Shown: in pieces, positions 24,433 to 32,000 of the stretch
Layout of the letters: each line of letters starts with the position of its first letter
Position numbering within the stretch: position 1 is the stretch's first letter
Origin: Geotalea uraniireducens Rf4
Lineage (GTDB): Bacteria > Desulfobacterota > Desulfuromonadia > Geobacterales > Geobacteraceae
DNA: 32,000 bases
Direction of reading: 5' to 3'
Assembly (NCBI RefSeq): GCF_000016745.1
Contig: NC_009483.1
Span: 3,240,001 to 3,272,000, forward strand
Program-made: the position numbers and the translations under genes
Notes under the pieces: model-generated
The model's database searches: none
The model's input: the letters and a program-made list of their open reading frames with translations, nothing else
Told to the model about the DNA's origin: nothing

Positions 24433-25107
24433 CTATCGCGTCAGAGGTCTGCTCTCGGCTTTATCCAAAGACCTTGGTTGGTTGCCCCCCTTGCTGACAA
24501 CGGTATCCAGATTCTGAAGCGAACGCATTTGAATCGTCGCAGTTTCAATTGCCTTTCGCGCCTCCTTGTGACCGGCATTAAAAGCGATAATTCCCTTCCA
24601 CGTCCTGATGGCGCTTTCCAGGTTTCCATGGCGGTATTCCCGAAGCCCTTGATCCATCAACCTGTTCGAACAGGTTTCCATGCACGTTTTTGCTTTTTTT
24701 GGGTTCCACCGTATCTTTCTCCGTAGCGAAGGCTCAGCAGGATATGCATCAAGCACCCACTTGAAAGCATGTCCGGCAACCGCATAATCACCACGGTTGA
24801 GAGCTACCTCCCCTGCATCAAGCAGCCCGTTGACTGCAAGGATATACTCCTTTTCCATCCCGGCAACAGGGCGGTTTAACTGATTTCTATCGCCCATGAG
24901 CTCAATGGCGCGCCTGTAATTTCTTTTTTCCAGAAGAGATGCAACCTTTTTTCGCAGTGGGGATGCCTGTTGGTAATTATTTCTCGAAGGGGGTGTTTGC
25001 TGAAGTTTTTCATCTGCGGAATCCACGAGGACTTTATCCTGGCTGGAACACGAAACCATCCCCGTGAGTGCCAGCAGGAGGATAATCGGCCCGCACGTCC
25101 CTCTCAT
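24433..25107 (-). CDS. Lipoprotein with TPR-like helical repeats
   Basis: 224 aa. The signal peptide and lipobox read ILLLALTGMVSC. Its start overlaps the upstream HD-GYP gene stop by 4 nt. Confidence 0.65.
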   Translation of the reverse strand: MRGTCGPIILLLALTGMVSCSSQDKVLVDSADEKLQQTPPSRNNYQQASPLRKKVASLLEKRNYRRAIELMGDRNQLNRPVAGMEKEYILAVNGLLDAGEVALNRGDYAVAGHAFKWVLDAYPAEPSLRRKIRWNPKKAKTCMETCSNRLMDQGLREYRHGNLESAIRTWKGIIAFNAGHKEARKAIETATIQMRSLQNLDTVVSKGGNQPRSLDKAESRPLTR

Positions 25108-26450
25108 ACCGGCACCTCAAGAACCAGGTGCGGCAATGCGTTATCCCATCTTCCCAGAGATGCGACAAAAAGATCGGCAAGGTGGGGATCGAACTGTGAA
25201 CCTCGATGCCGGCTAATTTCCCGGATTGCCGTTTCTGCAGGAAGACCCTTACGGTAAGGCCGAGATGTGGTCATGGCATCGTAGGCATCGGCAATGGAGA
25301 TGATCGAAGCAAAGAGCGGGATATGCTCTCCGCTTAGTCCCTCGGGGTATCCCTGACCGTTGTACCATTCGTGATGGTAAAGGACAGCTGGAATGAATCT
25401 GTGCAGTGCCCGGGAGTGACTGAGGATGTCTGCTCCGTCCCGGGAGTGCTGCTTGACTAATTGAAACTCACACTCATCCAACGGTCCGGCCTTCTTCAGA
25501 ATATGATCGGGTATGCGGATTTTTCCCAGATCATGCACCAGGGCAGCCACTTCGAGATCACGCAGTTCTTCTATGCCGAGCCCCATTTCCTCGCCGAGCA
25601 TGAGTGACAGGGCTGCAACCCGGGTCGAATGTTGCAGGGTATAATCGTCTCGTGCATCGATGGAAGTCGCCAGAATTTTTACCGTAGCCATATATGATTC
25701 CTCCAGTCCACGTGCATACTCTTCAAGTTTTTCCTGCTGGCACAGAATAACCTGCGCCATGTCGTTGAAGTTACTGGTAAGTTCACCAAGTTCGTCACGC
25801 TGATTAACCCTGATCGCCCCATGATAACTACCGGATTTCAAACGTGAAACTCCCTCGGTCAGCTGCTTGATCGGCGTAGTGAAGAAGCGGGCAATGAAAA
25901 AGGCTCCCACCACCGCCAGGAACAAAATCACTGCGGAAGCGGACGCCACTTTACGTCGCGCATCAAGTTGGGCTCTGGTCAGAGCCGCAGCGTCGATACC
26001 AAGGTAAAAATGGCCGATTTCATTGCCTGCGAACTTGATGGGGGTGCTGAATTCGTAGGAAACTCTCCCATCCCTGTTTACCCTGGAAACCAGGGAACCA
26101 TCGGCGTCACTGTGGAGCACTACTCCTACCTGAGGTGCATATCTTGTCCCGCTTTTCACCAGTTCGCTATGCGCCGTGACCATACCGTTGCGGCCAACAA
26201 CAGCCACATGGATGATGTCAACCTGGCGCTCTTTGATTTTGGCGACCAGATTGTCAACGGAAAGACGGTCGCGGGCAAGTATGCTGTAGCCGGCGGCATT
26301 GGCGGCCCATCTCGACAAGGACAAGCCGCGCTTGACAAGTTCTCCCAGTAGAAAAGTATCCATGATGCTCATGACGATAACCGATGATACGAGGATAACG
26401 ATGGTCACGAGCAGAAAGGTTATGAGAGACAGCTTGAGCCTGATCCCCAC
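25104..26450 (-). CDS. Membrane-bound HD-GYP domain protein (periplasmic sensor loop + HAMP + HD-GYP), a probable c-di-GMP phosphodiesterase
   Basis: 448 aa with a GTG start after the RBS aaggaggg. It has two TM segments flanking a roughly 150-aa loop and a HAMP-like linker. HD-GYP motifs are HDLGKIRIP and HHEWYNGQGYPEGL. Confidence 0.88.
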   Translation of the reverse strand: MGIRLKLSLITFLLVTIVILVSSVIVMSIMDTFLLGELVKRGLSLSRWAANAAGYSILARDRLSVDNLVAKIKERQVDIIHVAVVGRNGMVTAHSELVKSGTRYAPQVGVVLHSDADGSLVSRVNRDGRVSYEFSTPIKFAGNEIGHFYLGIDAAALTRAQLDARRKVASASAVILFLAVVGAFFIARFFTTPIKQLTEGVSRLKSGSYHGAIRVNQRDELGELTSNFNDMAQVILCQQEKLEEYARGLEESYMATVKILATSIDARDDYTLQHSTRVAALSLMLGEEMGLGIEELRDLEVAALVHDLGKIRIPDHILKKAGPLDECEFQLVKQHSRDGADILSHSRALHRFIPAVLYHHEWYNGQGYPEGLSGEHIPLFASIISIADAYDAMTTSRPYRKGLPAETAIREISRHRGSQFDPHLADLFVASLGRWDNALPHLVLEVPV

Positions 26451-26569
26451 GAACAGAAAGTGTCCCTCCTTATCCAGCTAAATCAAGCTCTAACCCCGAT
26501 GAACGGGATAAGTCCCTTCACGAAAAATTCTTCGCAAAAAACATGCAAATAATTTTTCTAAGGGACTAA

Positions 26570-26599
26570 CAAAAAAGCCTACCGGCGAAAAGGTAGGCT
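26570..26599 (-). terminator. Rho-independent terminator or attenuator in the leader of the HD-GYP operon
   Basis: agcctacc-ggcgaaaa-ggtaggct. The A6 run on the plus strand gives U6 on the minus-strand RNA. It lies about 120 nt upstream of the HD-GYP start. Confidence 0.65.
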
Positions 26600-26708
26600 T
26601 CATTCCTTCTGCCACTTGGACAGCCCTCTAACCAGATTCACCGGATAGCAGCTTTGCTCCGCACGGTTACCCATGCGTTTTCCTTTCAGCGACATGAAAC
26701 GTTTTTAG

Positions 26709-28280
26709 TTAATTAACTCAACTTTCGCAGCTGGTAAATATATGTAACATATTGTAATTATTAATAGTATAGCGTCGCAATCTGGGTTAAAATGGCTTTG
26801 TTCCCCAACAAATCCACTAGCACAGAGAGACGACGCTATGCAGCAGATTGTAGCAGGATTTGCATCCGTAGAAAACCGGATTCATTCGTTCTTTCACAAT
26901 CAGAACCTCGGCCAGTTACTTCGGCAAAGCAATGTCAGGAAGGAAAAGGGCGTTAGCCTCGACACCTTGTTCCAGCTTTTGCTTTCCCTTGCCTTTACCG
27001 GAAAAAATCTGTTCCGTCTCCTGGAGAGTCCAGATTCACCGGATGGTATCGGTAAAGACACTGCGTATCGGCTGTTGAACTCGGTCAATGCCAACTGGCG
27101 CCGTTTTCTGTTGCTGCTCAGCACGCGGGTCATTGTCCAAAGGCTTCTCCCGCTGACCGATGAGACGACCACCAAGGTGCTGATCGCTGACGACACTCTG
27201 TATCGTCGCGACCGCAGCAAGCGGGTCGAACTGCTGGCACGGGTGCATGACCACAACACCGGTCGTTACGTGCGTGGCTTCAGGATGCTCACCCTGGGGT
27301 GGTCCGATGGGAACAGCTTTGTACCCATGATGCTGTCGATGCTCAGCTCTGCCAAGGATAAGAACCGCCTTGCCCCAATGCGTGAGGGCATCGATAAGCG
27401 CACCAACGGATATCAGCGCCGCCGGGAGAGCATGAGGAAATCCACCGACGTACTGGTGGACATGGTTGCCTTGGCAATGAAGGCAGGAACCACTGCCCGG
27501 CACCTGCTCTTTGACAGCTGGTTTGCTTTCCCCGCCACCATCAGGCGGATCCGCGCCCTGGGGATGCATACCATCTGCATGCTCAAGGATACGGGTAAGG
27601 TCACCTACGAGGTGCAGGGGTGGCCGTTCACCCTGAAAGAACTATTCAAAGAGGTCCGCAAGCGACCCGGTCGAGCCAAAGTGTTGGCAGAGGTGCTGGT
27701 GACCATAGGTCAAGACATTCACGGTAAACCGGTGGCAGCAAAGATCGTGTTCGTCCGCGACCGCAGTTCGAAGAAATGGCTGGCGCTCCTTTCCACCGAT
27801 ACGACCTTGACCGCCGAGGAGATCATCACGCTCTACGGCCGTCGCTGGGACATCGAGGTGTTCTTCAAAATGGCCAAGTCGTTTCTGAATCTGGCAAAGG
27901 AGTTCCAGAGTCGTTCCTTCGATGCTCTGGTCGCCCACGCCACACTGGTCTGCTGCCGCTACATTCTGCTTGAGCTGGTGAAACGGGAAAATGCTGATCC
28001 TCGAACTCTTGGCAGCCTGTTTCACGCTCTATGCGATGAAATAAGACGAATTGGCTTCACAGAAGCAATGGCACTGTTGCTCACATTTCTGGAAGAATCA
28101 CTCAACAGCATTATTGGATTGTGCAAAGAGCAGGTGCAACAACTGATACAACGCTTTATAGAAACACTACCAAGAGCTTTCAGGGAGCGAATGCTACTTT
28201 TGGCCCCGGTATGCAGCTAAACCATATATCTGTCAACTAGTTACGGCCAATCTCGCTAGTGCGAAAGTTGAGTTAATTAA
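26709..28280 (+). mobile_element. IS4-family insertion sequence, complete
   Basis: Terminal inverted repeats are ttaattaactcaactttcgca (26709-26729) and tgcgaaagttgagttaattaa (28260-28280). The element carries a single DDE transposase ORF. Confidence 0.85.
26838..28220 (+). CDS. IS4-family DDE transposase
   Basis: 460 aa. DDE-type motifs are LIADDTLYRRDRSK, LLFDSWFAF and YGRRWDIEVFFKMAK (the Y-2-R-3-E-6-K signature). Confidence 0.88.
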   Translation: MQQIVAGFASVENRIHSFFHNQNLGQLLRQSNVRKEKGVSLDTLFQLLLSLAFTGKNLFRLLESPDSPDGIGKDTAYRLLNSVNANWRRFLLLLSTRVIVQRLLPLTDETTTKVLIADDTLYRRDRSKRVELLARVHDHNTGRYVRGFRMLTLGWSDGNSFVPMMLSMLSSAKDKNRLAPMREGIDKRTNGYQRRRESMRKSTDVLVDMVALAMKAGTTARHLLFDSWFAFPATIRRIRALGMHTICMLKDTGKVTYEVQGWPFTLKELFKEVRKRPGRAKVLAEVLVTIGQDIHGKPVAAKIVFVRDRSSKKWLALLSTDTTLTAEEIITLYGRRWDIEVFFKMAKSFLNLAKEFQSRSFDALVAHATLVCCRYILLELVKRENADPRTLGSLFHALCDEIRRIGFTEAMALLLTFLEESLNSIIGLCKEQVQQLIQRFIETLPRAFRERMLLLAPVCS

Positions 28281-28301
28281 TTTATCAAATTTATAGCAGC
28301 T

Positions 28302-28332
28302 TTAACACAACTTGTCCATTAATTTGTGTTAA
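28302..28332. promoter_or_regulatory. Perfect 9-bp inverted repeat TTAACACAA-N13-TTGTGTTAA (operator-like)
   Basis: Read directly from the sequence, 22 bp outside the right end of the IS4 element. Confidence 0.35.
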
Positions 28333-28389
28333 CTGTTGAGTGGTTTAACATTTTTTCTAACCTTCTGCAATGCGATAAATCCTACAAAA

Positions 28390-28419
28390 ATAGGGCGTCC
28401 CTTGTAAGGAACGCCCTAT
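28390..28419. terminator. Bidirectional rho-independent terminator
   Basis: atagggcgtcc-cttgtaa-ggaacgccctat, flanked by AAAAA and TTTT. It lies 31 nt downstream of the dehydrogenase stop. Confidence 0.7.
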
Positions 28420-28450
28420 TTTCATGCAACGATTGAAACGCAACTGATGA

Positions 28451-29317
28451 CTACTTGCGGAGCACCTTCACCACTGCCGAGTAATCCTCTTCGCCGCGGC
28501 CGTCCTTGACCGCCTGCTCATACAACTTGCACGCCACCTCCACACCGGGAAGGTCCAGATTGACCTTTTTCGCGGCATCCATCACCAGCAGCAGTTGCTC
28601 GTGAACATACTTGAGGGCCAGATTGCGGGAGAAATCCCCCCTGGCGATACTGCGCCCCTTGGAATGGAAAAGCGGTGAAGCGACACCGCCGGAATCGAGA
28701 ACCTCGAGTATCTTATCTGCGTTAAAACCAAGTTTTTCACCGAAAACGATTCCTTCAGCCAGGGACTGCATCAGTTCAGCCTGAACCAGATTGACGATGA
28801 ACTTCATTTTGGTTGCGTCGCCGATTTTGCCGATATGGATGATATTGAGGCCGAAATATGAGAAAGCCTCCCGGCAACGCCCAAGCAGGGAAGGATCTCC
28901 GCCGGCAAGAATCGTCACGAGGCCGTTGGCGGCATGCTCTTTTGTTCCCCATACCGGCGCTTCCAGAAACATTACCCGGCGCTTGATCGCCTCGTCAGCC
29001 AGTTTTAAAGTCGTTTCCAGCGAATGGGTTCCCATATCCACCAGGATGGTACCGGGATCAAGCCCTTCCAGAACACCGTCCTTACCGAAAACGAAGGTTT
29101 CAAGCCCATGGCTTTCAGGAAGGATGACAATAACCATATCCTTCCCTTTGGCAGCCTCGCTGGGTGTTGCGGCCGCTTTGGCACCAAGCTTTACCAGGTC
29201 GTTTAACGGTTCCGCATCGTCGTCATAAACTGTTAGATCATAATCTGACTTGGTCAGATTGGCAGCCATGTGTCTGCCGACAGTACCCAAACCTATAAAA
29301 CCGATCTTTCTCAACAT
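28451..29317 (-). CDS. NAD(P)-dependent 3-hydroxyisobutyrate / tartronate-semialdehyde reductase family oxidoreductase
   Basis: 288 aa. The N-terminal Rossmann motif is IGFIGLGTVGRHMA. The FLEAPVWG block and the C-terminal 6PGDH-like helical domain are present. Confidence 0.85.
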   Translation of the reverse strand: MLRKIGFIGLGTVGRHMAANLTKSDYDLTVYDDDAEPLNDLVKLGAKAAATPSEAAKGKDMVIVILPESHGLETFVFGKDGVLEGLDPGTILVDMGTHSLETTLKLADEAIKRRVMFLEAPVWGTKEHAANGLVTILAGGDPSLLGRCREAFSYFGLNIIHIGKIGDATKMKFIVNLVQAELMQSLAEGIVFGEKLGFNADKILEVLDSGGVASPLFHSKGRSIARGDFSRNLALKYVHEQLLLVMDAAKKVNLDLPGVEVACKLYEQAVKDGRGEEDYSAVVKVLRK

Positions 29318-29429
29318 AACTGGCCTCCCGCAACTAAAATAAATGCATCATGTCATGAATTATAAGTGTACAACCTCTCTTGCACAGAAACAACTTTATA
29401 ATGATAAAAAATCCGCTCCAGACCGGTAA

Positions 29430-30086
29430 TCAGCGTGATTTTTTTACTCCGACCCGGTCGCACATTTTAGCGAGCGGACAAGTCGAGCAGAGTGGTGAAA
29501 CGGGTAAGCACTGGTTCTGGCCGAATGTCACAAGCAGATCGTTAATAACGAGCCAATAGTCACGGGGCAGTTTGCCGCGCAGGGCAAATTCCGTCTGCTC
29601 GGGAGTCTTTGTCTGCACGTACCCCCAGCGATTGCAGATACGATGCACATGGGTATCGACGCAGATGCCGGGCTTGCCGTAACCGAGGGTGACCACAAGA
29701 TTGGCGGTCTTTCTCCCCACCCCTTTGAAGGTCAGCAGCTCATCGATTTCATCCGGAACCCTCCCCGCGTATTTCTCCTGGATAAGCCTGCTTATATCCT
29801 TAATCTGCGCAGCCTTGACGCGATAGAATCCGACCGGGTATATGGCCTTTTCGATGGTTTCAGTCGGCAGTGTGCCAAGGTCGGACGGGGTGCCGGCCAG
29901 GGCGAAAAGACGCTCGGAGGCCGCAGCCGTGGTCTTATCCTGGGTACGCAAAGAGAGGATGCAGGATACCAATACCTTGAAGGGGTCCCCCTCCCGTTGA
30001 GAAACGATGGTCACGGCCGGTGTGCGCCATTTTTTTACCGCTTCTGCCAGAATCGCCATGGCATCGCGGATTTCACCATCTTTCAC
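29430..30086 (-). CDS. nth: Endonuclease III family DNA glycosylase
   Basis: 218 aa with a GTG start. The HhH-GPD motif is LLTFKGVGRKTANLVV. The C-terminal 4Fe-4S cluster loop is CLPVSPLCSTCPLAKMC. Confidence 0.85.
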   Translation of the reverse strand: MKDGEIRDAMAILAEAVKKWRTPAVTIVSQREGDPFKVLVSCILSLRTQDKTTAAASERLFALAGTPSDLGTLPTETIEKAIYPVGFYRVKAAQIKDISRLIQEKYAGRVPDEIDELLTFKGVGRKTANLVVTLGYGKPGICVDTHVHRICNRWGYVQTKTPEQTEFALRGKLPRDYWLVINDLLVTFGQNQCLPVSPLCSTCPLAKMCDRVGVKKSR

Positions 30087-30313
30087 GCCATGCCTCTGTT
30101 CCTGAATATCCGCATTAAGAGCACTCCGAGAATCGACAACGAAAGGCCGACGCAGAGAAAAAGGTAACCGATGCTCCGTCCCTCACCCCAACCCCAGAGA
30201 TCGCGGCCACGCATGAATGCTATCAGGCCGAGGCCGCCAAAGGCGGCAATCCCTCCGAAGATATAGGTCCCGAACGCCACAACCGCCAGCGCAATCCCCT
30301 GCTTCTTTGCCAT
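30083..30313 (-). CDS. Small hydrophobic membrane protein (76 aa)
   Basis: It has two to three predicted TM stretches (IALAVVAFGTYIFGGIAAFGGLGLIAF and YLFLCVGLSLSILGVLLM). Its stop overlaps the nth start (GTGA). Confidence 0.5.
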   Translation of the reverse strand: MAKKQGIALAVVAFGTYIFGGIAAFGGLGLIAFMRGRDLWGWGEGRSIGYLFLCVGLSLSILGVLLMRIFRNRGMA

Positions 30314-30532
30314 GCATTGCTCCTTTATTGGTTAACCATGCCCGGCCGGCAATTTCACTACCCTGCTTGCCCGGCAATTTGGCTGATATTCTACTTGATG
30401 CCCTACGCCAAGGCAACAGCAAACTCTCGCCTGACCAGGCAAATTAATGCCATATATACTGTTGCCTTTAGCGGGCGAACGGTTTATACCTTTGGATAAA
30501 GAATTCAATTTTTCAGAAAGCAGGTCAACGTT

Positions 30533-31399
30533 ATGAAGCAATTTGTGGATCTCCACATGCACTCTTCCTACTCCGACGGTATTCACAAGCCGGAAATACT
30601 GGTGGCAATGGCCGCAGAAAAAAATCTGAAGGCAATTGCCCTGGCAGACCATGATGCTGTCGAAGGAATTGATGAGGCGCTGGAAGCTGGTGAACGCCTC
30701 GGGGTTGAGGTTATTCCGGCAGTCGAATTATCAGTGGAATTCAAAAAGCACCATGACGTACACCTGTTGGGATATTACATCGACTATAATGATGCGGTTT
30801 TTCTGGAGAAATTGGCTGATTTTCGTGAAAGCCGCGATCACCGCGGTCAGGCCATTATTGCAAACATCAACGCCAAGCTGGAACGGGAAAAGAAAGGAAG
30901 CATGTCCTATGAGGAGGCTGACGCCCTTGCCGAAGGTGCATTCGGTCGCCCGCATATCGCTCGTGTTCTGGTAGATAAGGGGTTTGCCCACGACTTGCAG
31001 GATGCTTTCGAGCGCTACCTGGTGCCGTGCAATGTGCCGAAACGCTATTTCCCCATGGAGGAGGCACTGGCTGAAATAAGGCGGTTACGCGGCATTTCCG
31101 TGCTTGCCCACCCTACGAGCATCACTGAAGACAGGAACACGTTGAAAGCCATCATTAAAGAGCTGGCTGCAATGGGGCTTGAAGGCATTGAAGTCTACAA
31201 CAATATGTGCAATGACGACGACATGAGTTTCCTTGAACGGCAGGCGATCGATCACGGGTTGGTTATGACCGGCGGTTCCGATTTTCACGGCATTGAAGCC
31301 GGCATAGAGATGGGCGTTGGCCGAGGCCACTTGGCGGTTCCTTATAGCTCGGCAGAGGCGCTGAAACGGCTACACGAAGAAAAAAGGTCAGGAGCATGA
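30533..31399 (+). CDS. PHP-domain phosphoesterase (TrpH/YciV-like)
   Basis: 288 aa. The N-terminal block is FVDLHMHSSYSDG, with later LADHD, LAHP and GGSDFHG metal-binding blocks. Confidence 0.85.
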   Translation: MKQFVDLHMHSSYSDGIHKPEILVAMAAEKNLKAIALADHDAVEGIDEALEAGERLGVEVIPAVELSVEFKKHHDVHLLGYYIDYNDAVFLEKLADFRESRDHRGQAIIANINAKLEREKKGSMSYEEADALAEGAFGRPHIARVLVDKGFAHDLQDAFERYLVPCNVPKRYFPMEEALAEIRRLRGISVLAHPTSITEDRNTLKAIIKELAAMGLEGIEVYNNMCNDDDMSFLERQAIDHGLVMTGGSDFHGIEAGIEMGVGRGHLAVPYSSAEALKRLHEEKRSGA

Positions 31400-31420
31400 C
31401 CTCACATCGGTGAGGACACA

Positions 31421-31446
31421 AAAAAAAGGCCCTGACGGGCCTTTTT
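31421..31446. terminator. Bidirectional rho-independent terminator
   Basis: aaaaaaa-ggccc-tgac-gggcc-ttttt, between convergent genes. Confidence 0.75.
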
Positions 31447-31468
31447 CATTTAAAGAGCGCTGTGCTGC

Positions 31469-32000
31469 CTACTCTTTGTGAGGTTTATAGTTGACCACCT
31501 GGAGATCATCCTCAACAAGGCTGACGCCCTTTACCTTGGCGGCAATTTTTACGGCTTGTTCCCGCTCTTGCTCGGTGTGCACATGGCCACTCAGGCATAT
31601 CTCTCCATCCAGTGACTCAATTTTAAAGTGGAGGCTCTCGATCTTCCCTGACTTGAGAAGTTCGGCCTCTACCCGCTTGCGAAGAATGATATCATCCAGC
31701 AGCGCCGTCGCTTCAGCCTCGGCATCCTTAAGCTTCTGGTCTTTTGCCGCCGCAACAATGCTGTCCACCATGGCGCTTTTGGATAAATGGGAGGTGTTGA
31801 AAACCAGATCATACTCCAACGGGTTCTGCCAGTCCTTGTCAAAATAGAAATGAATGAAGCCGCCGCGCTGGTGGTCGCTCTTACGGATGAGCTCACGGGC
31901 AAGGTCCGGATCGATCCACTCCCGCTCGGCAAAATTTTCGACCCGTTCGTCGAACGGGGCTATAAAACGGACGCGCAGGACATTACGCATACCCTCAAGG
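31469..32000 (-). CDS. Cytidylate-kinase-like family protein with a C-terminal BON domain (N-terminus beyond the window)
   Basis: The ORF is open to the window edge. The C-terminal LHFKIESLDGEICLSGHVHTEQEREQAVKIAAKVKGVSLVEDDLQV fits a BON domain. The upstream part (FYFDKDWQNPLEYDLVFNTS) fits the cytidylate kinase-like family. Confidence 0.65.
   Translation of the reverse strand, partial: LEGMRNVLRVRFIAPFDERVENFAEREWIDPDLARELIRKSDHQRGGFIHFYFDKDWQNPLEYDLVFNTSHLSKSAMVDSIVAAAKDQKLKDAEAEATALLDDIILRKRVEAELLKSGKIESLHFKIESLDGEICLSGHVHTEQEREQAVKIAAKVKGVSLVEDDLQVVNYKPHKE

Noticed and set aside
26603-26700. GEMM-I (c-di-GMP / cGAMP) riboswitch upstream of the HD-GYP gene
   Set aside because: The context is tempting, and GAGCAAAGC loosely resembles the ACGCAAAGC core. 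However, I could not find the GNRA-capped P1 hairpin, the tetraloop receptor or the conserved GGCAAA segment. The 5' part may also have been removed by the IS. It is kept only as an unassigned structured leader.
30332-30652. 106-aa minus-strand ORF in the region upstream of the PHP gene
   Set aside because: It overlaps the PHP gene start and the promoter region. It has no RBS, no recognisable domain and a Cys/His-rich off-frame composition.

Overview
This is a high-GC chromosomal segment. Gene content and repeat style suggest a Geobacter-like Desulfuromonadales genome, but that is inference only. Most of it is housekeeping and transport genes: a TRAP transporter (dctP 3' end, dctQ, dctM), an NhaD antiporter, a 2-hydroxyacid dehydrogenase, and CstA with an adjacent LytS/LytTR two-component system. 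It also carries initiator tRNA-fMet, rlmB, pyrF, proS, ispG, gdhA, a RumA/RlmD-like methyltransferase, a lipoprotein plus HD-GYP phosphodiesterase, a 3-hydroxyisobutyrate-dehydrogenase-family enzyme, endonuclease III, a PHP phosphoesterase and a partial BON-domain protein. Two complete insertion sequences are present. An IS701-family element (268-1784) splits dctP from dctQM. An IS4-family element (26709-28280) sits in the leader upstream of the HD-GYP operon. The most interesting region is an AT-richer ~4.4 kb islet (about 11954-16423) beside tRNA-fMet, bracketed by 34-bp direct repeats that are copies of the tRNA terminator. It holds a three-gene, translationally coupled cassette: an ABC/AAA_21-type ATPase, a DUF4276 Toprim-like protein and a 67-aa protein. 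This looks like an OLD/PARIS/Gabija-style conflict system. The rest of the islet is debris: a 5'-truncated group II intron, a decayed DUF1016 nuclease gene and palindrome clusters. A family of long intergenic palindromic elements with conserved termini and copy-specific short-period tandem-repeat arms occurs at least three to four times. No CRISPR array or rRNA gene is present.
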